A program made the position numbers and the translations under genes. Of a DNA stretch of 13,371 nt, positions 7,728 through 13,371 are shown in pieces. Numbering within the stretch: position 1 is the first letter of the stretch; each line of letters starts with the position of its first letter. Origin of the DNA: Naegleria gruberi (taxonomy: Eukaryota); assembly GCA_000004985.1 (NCBI GenBank), contig GG738995.1. The stretch is one strand, 5' to 3'. The notes under the pieces are model-generated. The model saw only the letters and a list, made by a program, of their open reading frames with translations, was not told where the DNA came from and did not search any database.

Positions 7728-10700
7728 NNNNNNNNNNNNNNNNNNNNNNNNNNNNNNNNNNNNNNNNNNNNNNNNNNNNNNNNNNNNNNNNNNNNNNNNN
7801 NNNNNNNNNNNNNNNNNNNNNNNNNNNNNNNNNNNNNNNNNNNNNNNNNNNNNNNNNNNNNNNNNNNNNNNNNNNNNNNNNNNNNNNNNNNNNNNNNNNN
7901 NNNNNNNNNNNNNNNNNNNNNNNNNNNNNNNNNNNNNNNNNNNNNNNNNNNNNNNNNNNNNNNNNNNNNNNNNNNNNNNNNNNNNNNNNNNNNNNNNNNN
8001 NNNNNNNNNNNNNNNNNNNNNNNNNNNNNNNNNNNNNNNNNNNNNNNNNNNNNNNNNNNNNNNNNNNNNNNNNNNNNNNNNNNNNNNNNNNNNNNNNNNN
8101 NNNNNNNNNNNNNNNNNNNNNNNNNNNNNNNNNNNNNNNNNNNNNNNNNNNNNNNNNNNNNNNNNNNNNNNNNNNNNNNNNNNNNNNNNNNNNNNNNNNN
8201 NNNNNNNNNNNNNNNNNNNNNNNNNNNNNNNNNNNNNNNNNNNNNNNNNNNNNNNNNNNNNNNNNNNNNNNNNNNNNNNNNNNNNNNNNNNNNNNNNNNN
8301 NNNNNNNNNNNNNNNNNNNNNNNNNNNNNNNNNNNNNNNNNNNNNNNNNNNNNNNNNNNNNNNNNNNNNNNNNNNNNNNNNNNNNNNNNNNNNNNNNNNN
8401 NNNNNNNNNNNNNNNNNNNNNNNNNNNNNNNNNNNNNNNNNNNNNNNNNNNNNNNNNNNNNNNNNNNNNNNNNNNNNNNNNNNNNNNNNNNNNNNNNNNN
8501 NNNNNNNNNNNNNNNNNNNNNNNNNNNNNNNNNNNNNNNNNNNNNNNNNNNNNNNNNNNNNNNNNNNNNNNNNNNNNNNNNNNNNNNNNNNNNNNNNNNN
8601 NNNNNNNNNNNNNNNNNNNNNNNNNNNNNNNNNNNNNNNNNNNNNNNNNNNNNNNNNNNNNNNNNNNNNNNNNNNNNNNNNNNNNNNNNNNNNNNNNNNN
8701 NNNNNNNNNNNNNNNNNNNNNNNNNNNNNNNNNNNNNNNNNNNNNNNNNNNNNNNNNNNNNNNNNNNNNNNNNNNNNNNNNNNNNNNNNNNNNNNNNNNN
8801 NNNNNNNNNNNNNNNNNNNNNNNNNNNNNNNNNNNNNNNNNNNNNNNNNNNNNNNNNNNNNNNNNNNNNNNNNNNNNNNNNNNNNNNNNNNNNNNNNNNN
8901 NNNNNNNNNNNNNNNNNNNNNNNNNNNNNNNNNNNNNNNNNNNNNNNNNNNNNNNNNNNNNNNNNNNNNNNNNNNNNNNNNNNNNNNNNNNNNNNNNNNN
9001 NNNNNNNNNNNNNNNNNNNNNNNNNNNNNNNNNNNNNNNNNNNNNNNNNNNNNNNNNNNNNNNNNNNNNNNNNNNNNNNNNNNNNNNNNNNNNNNNNNNN
9101 NNNNNNNNNNNNNNNNNNNNNNNNNNNNNNNNNNNNNNNNNNNNNNNNNNNNNNNNNNNNNNNNNNNNNNNNNNNNNNNNNNNNNNNNNNNNNNNNNNNN
9201 NNNNNNNNNNNNNNNNNNNNNNNNNNNNNNNNNNNNNNNNNNNNNNNNNNNNNNNNNNNNNNNNNNNNNNNNNNNNNNNNNNNNNNNNNNNNNNNNNNNN
9301 NNNNNNNNNNNNNNNNNNNNNNNNNNNNNNNNNNNNNNNNNNNNNNNNNNNNNNNNNNNNNNNNNNNNNNNNNNNNNNNNNNNNNNNNNNNNNNNNNNNN
9401 NNNNNNNNNNNNNNNNNNNNNNNNNNNNNNNNNNNNNNNNNNNNNNNNNNNNNNNNNNNNNNNNNNNNNNNNNNNNNNNNNNNNNNNNNNNNNNNNNNNN
9501 NNNNNNNNNNNNNNNNNNNNNNNNNNNNNNNNNNNNNNNNNNNNNNNNNNNNNNNNNNNNNNNNNNNNNNNNNNNNNNNNNNNNNNNNNNNNNNNNNNNN
9601 NNNNNNNNNNNNNNNNNNNNNNNNNNNNNNNNNNNNNNNNNNNNNNNNNNNNNNNNNNNNNNNNNNNNNNNNNNNNNNNNNNNNNNNNNNNNNNNNNNNN
9701 NNNNNNNNNNNNNNNNNNNNNNNNNNNNNNNNNNNNNNNNNNNNNNNNNNNNNNNNNNNNNNNNNNNNNNNNNNNNNNNNNNNNNNNNNNNNNNNNNNNN
9801 NNNNNNNNNNNNNNNNNNNNNNNNNNNNNNNNNNNNNNNNNNNNNNNNNNNNNNNNNNNNNNNNNNNNNNNNNNNNNNNNNNNNNNNNNNNNNNNNNNNN
9901 NNNNNNNNNNNNNNNNNNNNNNNNNNNNNNNNNNNNNNNNNNNNNNNNNNNNNNNNNNNNNNNNNNNNNNNNNNNNNNNNNNNNNNNNNNNNNNNNNNNN
10001 NNNNNNNNNNNNNNNNNNNNNNNNNNNNNNNNNNNNNNNNNNNNNNNNNNNNNNNNNNNNNNNNNNNNNNNNNNNNNNNNNNNNNNNNNNNNNNNNNNNN
10101 NNNNNNNNNNNNNNNNNNNNNNNNNNNNNNNNNNNNNNNNNNNNNNNNNNNNNNNNNNNNNNNNNNNNNNNNNNNNNNNNNNNNNNNNNNNNNNNNNNNN
10201 NNNNNNNNNNNNNNNNNNNNNNNNNNNNNNNNNNNNNNNNNNNNNNNNNNNNNNNNNNNNNNNNNNNNNNNNNNNNNNNNNNNNNNNNNNNNNNNNNNNN
10301 NNNNNNNNNNNNNNNNNNNNNNNNNNNNNNNNNNNNNNNNNNNNNNNNNNNNNNNNNNNNNNNNNNNNNNNNNNNNNNNNNNNNNNNNNNNNNNNNNNNN
10401 NNNNNNNNNNNNNNNNNNNNNNNNNNNNNNNNNNNNNNNNNNNNNNNNNNNNNNNNNNNNNNNNNNNNNNNNNNNNNNNNNNNNNNNNNNNNNNNNNNNN
10501 NNNNNNNNNNNNNNNNNNNNNNNNNNNNNNNNNNNNNNNNNNNNNNNNNNNNNNNNNNNNNNNNNNNNNNNNNNNNNNNNNNNNNNNNNNNNNNNNNNNN
10601 NNNNNNNNNNNNNNNNNNNNNNNNNNNNNNNNNNNNNNNNNNNNNNNNNNNNNNNNNNNNNNNNNNNNNNNNNNNNNNNNNNNNNNNNNNNNNNNNNNNN

Positions 10701-11837
10701 NNNNNNNNNNNNNNNNNNNNNNNNNNNNNNNNNNNNNNNNNNNNNNNNNNNNNNNNNNNNNNNNNNNNNNNNNNNNNNNNNNNNNNNNNNNNNNNNNNNN
10801 NNNNNNNNNNNNNNNNNNNNNNNNNNNNNNNNNNNNNNNNNNNNNNNNNNNNNNNNNNNNNNNNNNNNNNNNNNNNNNNNNNNNNNNNNNNNNNNNNNNN
10901 NNNNNNNNNNNNNNNNNNNNNNNNNNNNNNNNNNNNNNNNNNNNNNNNNNNNNNNNNNNNNNNNNNNNNNNNNNNNNNNNNNNNNNNNNNNNNNNNNNNN
11001 NNNNNNNNNNNNNNNNNNNNNNNNNNNNNNNNNNNNNNNNNNNNNNNNNNNNNNNNNNNNNNNNNNNNNNNNNNNNNNNNNNNNNNNNNNNNNNNNNNNN
11101 NNNNNNNNNNNNNNNNNNNNNNNNNNNNNNNNNNNNNNNNNNNNNNNNNNNNNNNNNNNNNNNNNNNNNNNNNNNNNNNNNNNNNNNNNNNNNNNNNNNN
11201 NNNNNNNNNNNNNNNNNNNNNNNNNNNNNNNNNNNNNNNNNNNNNNNNNNNNNNNNNNNNNNNNNNNNNNNNNNNNNNNNNNNNNNNNNNNNNNNNNNNN
11301 NNNNNNNNNNNNNNNNNNNNNNNNNNNNNNNNNNNNNNNNNNNNNNNNNNNNNNNNNNNNNNNNNNNNNNNNNNNNNNNNNNNNNNNNNNNNNNNNNNNN
11401 NNNNNNNNNNNNNNNNNNNNNNNNNNNNNNNNNNNNNNNNNNNNNNNNNNNNNNNNNNNNNNNNNNNNNNNNNNNNNNNNNNNNNNNNNNNNNNNNNNNN
11501 NNNNNNNNNNNNNNNNNNNNNNNNNNNNNNNNNNNNNNNNNNNNNNNNNNNNNNNNNNNNNNNNNNNNNNNNNNNNNNNNNNNNNNNNNNNNNNNNNNNN
11601 NNNNNNNNNNNNNNNNNNNNNNNNNNNNNNNNNNNNNNNNNNNNNNNNNNNNNNNNNNNNNNNNNNNNNNNNNNNNNNNNNNNNNNNNNNNNNNNNNNNN
11701 NNNNNNNNNNNNNNNNNNNNNNNNNNNNNNNNNNNNNNNNNNNNNNNNNNNNNNNNNNNNNNNNNNNNNNNNNNNNNNNNNNNNNNNNNNNNNNNNNNNN
11801 NNNNNNNNNNNNNNNNNNNNNNNNNNNNNNNNNNNNN
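7728..11837. other. N-masked block, 4110 nt. No sequence information.
   Basis: Run of n. Length is a multiple of 3. Confidence 0.99.
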
Positions 11838-11891
11838 AATAATTACTGTAAAGTCACCATTTCATCTTGTAGTTATTCTAATAGTAAGTAA
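11838..11891 (+). CDS. Possible last 17 codons (…NNYCKVTISSCSYSNSK*) of a + strand gene whose body lies inside mask 2
   Basis: The frame is open from the mask edge to TAA at 11889-11891. A TGTATAAAA poly(A) efficiency-type element follows ~80 nt downstream. The frame cannot be verified across the mask. Confidence 0.2.
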   Translation, partial: NNYCKVTISSCSYSNSK

Positions 11892-11965
11892 TATTGGTTT
11901 TGTTGTGCATTGATGTTATGGATTGATGATGAAATTTCCAACAATGACTTGAAGAATGTTCGTAC

Positions 11966-11980
11966 TTTGTATAAAAATTG
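11966..11980 (+). terminator. TGTATAAAA / TATAAA yeast-type poly(A) efficiency/positioning element
   Basis: tttgtataaaaattg, read from the sequence, ~80 nt after the TAA at 11891. Confidence 0.2.
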
Positions 11981-12066
11981 ACTTTTGTGATTTGTTTACT
12001 TGATTTGAATGATCATAAAAGATAGTACACCCTACCTACCTTGAACAACTTTACAATATTTTCTAA

Positions 12067-12082
12067 TACTACTACTACTAAC
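12067..12082. repeat. (TAC)4 microsatellite ending in TACTAAC
   Basis: tactactactactaac, read directly. Confidence 0.7.
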
Positions 12083-13371
12083 AATTAAACCAAAGAAGTT
12101 GACAATGTCTCCTTTACAGTCAATTAATATTAATTGTTTGGAATTGCAACTACGCAATTAGAGTAATTTTTTTGCTATTTGAAATATTGTTCCTTTTAAC
12201 AGAATGCTGTTGTTGGGTGAGATTTTTATAGTACGGTTCATTTCAGGCAAGGAAATCTATCAACTTGTTGTGGAAAGGTTCAAATTGATGCTTAATAGAT
12301 AGGTTGTGTGGATTGTTTCCAATTATTAAAATTAGAGGATGCTAGCATTTTCAAACTGTATTGGAAAATCTATTTATGGTTGTAGATATATTGGAGAATC
12401 AGTTAAAGGCACACTTGGTACTAAAAGTATTACAACGGACATCTTTGCAATTCTTTCAATGAGAATTATGGACAAGATGGTTTCCTTACCACAAGTTTAT
12501 TTTGAATAATATGTTCGACGGAGCAATTTCTCAAGTATTTAACTAGTACATTGAACTAATAATCACTGTTAGTGGTTTGTTGAAAATACTGTTTGGTTTA
12601 TCGAACAAAAATAATCACAACCACTACTTGATAGCGTAAGTATGTAATAATGCCAACACCGTTTACAAACGCATAATGCATATGGTTCACAGCTACATAG
12701 GTAAGTTATGCAGTCATATTTCCTCCAACATAGTGTATTCTTGCTACCAAACACAACTATTCGCTAATAAAATTGTTGATGGTAACTGTTGTTGTGGATG
12801 TGGGTGAATCATTAATTATCGAAATTTGTTGTTTTGGTGATTGTGCAGTTAATCAGGTCTTAGAGTATCATTGCCCGTTCCGTCGGTAAATTGTGTAAGG
12901 AAGATGCTTATCACACTATTCAGAATAGAGTTGGTTATGGTTGTATCATCGAATTATCTACAATACGCATGATTCTCAATAGTTTCGTTAATTGAGTGTA
13001 ATTATGTGGTACTAAATGGTATCTTGTAAATTATCAGGGTTTATATGGTTGATAAATAAGAACTATGCCAATTGTACTATATTTCATTTGTTTTGCTAAG
13101 TTGTTGTCGAATATCATTAGGAATCTCGCTCGTAGGTAACACAATTTTTAACACAAAAACGAATTTAACAGTTTTAGTCTCTTGTTGTGTTTTAAGTGAT
13201 ATGGAGATGATTATGAAGTTATTTACAATGCAAATATTTATGTATAGTAGATCTATTTACTGTGTGGAAAAAATCTAGATCCCCAAGCAATGGAGCTTTC
13301 TTTCCAAATAAAAGAATAAGAGTATTGAATGTTGGCTTATCACCAGCACCAACAATAACTTTCTACATTGT

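Noticed and set aside
893-11837. Both mask lengths are exact multiples of 3 (4554 and 4110 nt)
   Set aside because: This could mean the masks replace in-frame CDS interiors, but the odds of it happening by chance are 1 in 9. All three minus-strand frames just right of 11838 are closed, and mask 2 begins inside gene B, not at a CDS boundary. It is therefore not a reliable guide to gene structure.
7623-11891. 1422-aa plus-strand ORF in the track
   Set aside because: It starts at TTG 7623 just after an in-frame TAG at 7614-7616, and the visible 5' part is antisense to gene B. The ORF exists only by reading through the 4110-nt N run. Only its last 17 codons (11838-11891) might belong to a real gene.
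11924-11932. C-box-like TGATGATGA, a possible C/D snoRNA
   Set aside because: No CTGA D box or terminal stem lies within 60-120 nt downstream. TGATGA is frequent in this AT-rich sequence, for example at 164-175.
12569-12754. 61-aa minus ORF, and the 68-aa + ORF at 13072-13278
   Set aside because: Chance-sized. Cys-rich or hydrophobic junk composition. No start-context or paralog support.
11838-13371. tRNA gene search
   Set aside because: There is no GGTTCGANTCC box B. The nearest, gttcgacgg at 12514-12522, lacks the TCC, and there is no box A at the right spacing.

Overview
AT-rich, low-complexity (N/S/T/K-rich) eukaryotic nuclear DNA, yeast-like in protein style and 3'-end signals. It resembles a Candida/CTG-clade genome, but I cannot confirm that from sequence alone. 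About 65% of the window is N-masked (893-5446 = 4554 nt; 7728-11837 = 4110 nt), so only ~4.7 kb is readable, and the protein family and organism could not be identified.

Readable content:
(1) A 676-bp 5' flank with a dense cluster of palindromic TGCATGCA/CATGCATG motifs, followed by the first 72 codons (ATG at 677) of a + strand ORF that runs into mask 1.
(2) Two tandem, diverged paralogous genes on the minus strand. Gene A is complete: 5468-6517, 349 aa from its first ATG. Gene B starts at 6899 and runs into mask 2 at 7727, so its 5' end is unseen. They are ~75% identical at the protein level with only in-frame indels. The C-terminal 45 codons are invariant, with 3 nt differences that are all synonymous. 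Both carry a bipartite-NLS-like KRKRK-X10-KRK motif, and their architecture suggests nuclear, possibly regulatory, proteins of unknown family. The copy offset is ~1.42-1.43 kb. This predicts that gene B is also ~350 aa and that further copies may lie inside mask 2.
(3) A 1.5-kb ORF-poor region at the right end (11838-13371). It contains yeast-type poly(A) elements right after a short + frame that emerges from mask 2, and scattered intron-like motifs.

Caveats on the supplied ORF track: it uses TTG as a start codon and reads through N runs as 'X'. The 1599-, 1571- and 1422-aa ORFs are therefore largely artefactual. Gene A's start was corrected to the first ATG at 6517 (the track's position 6526 is a TTG).
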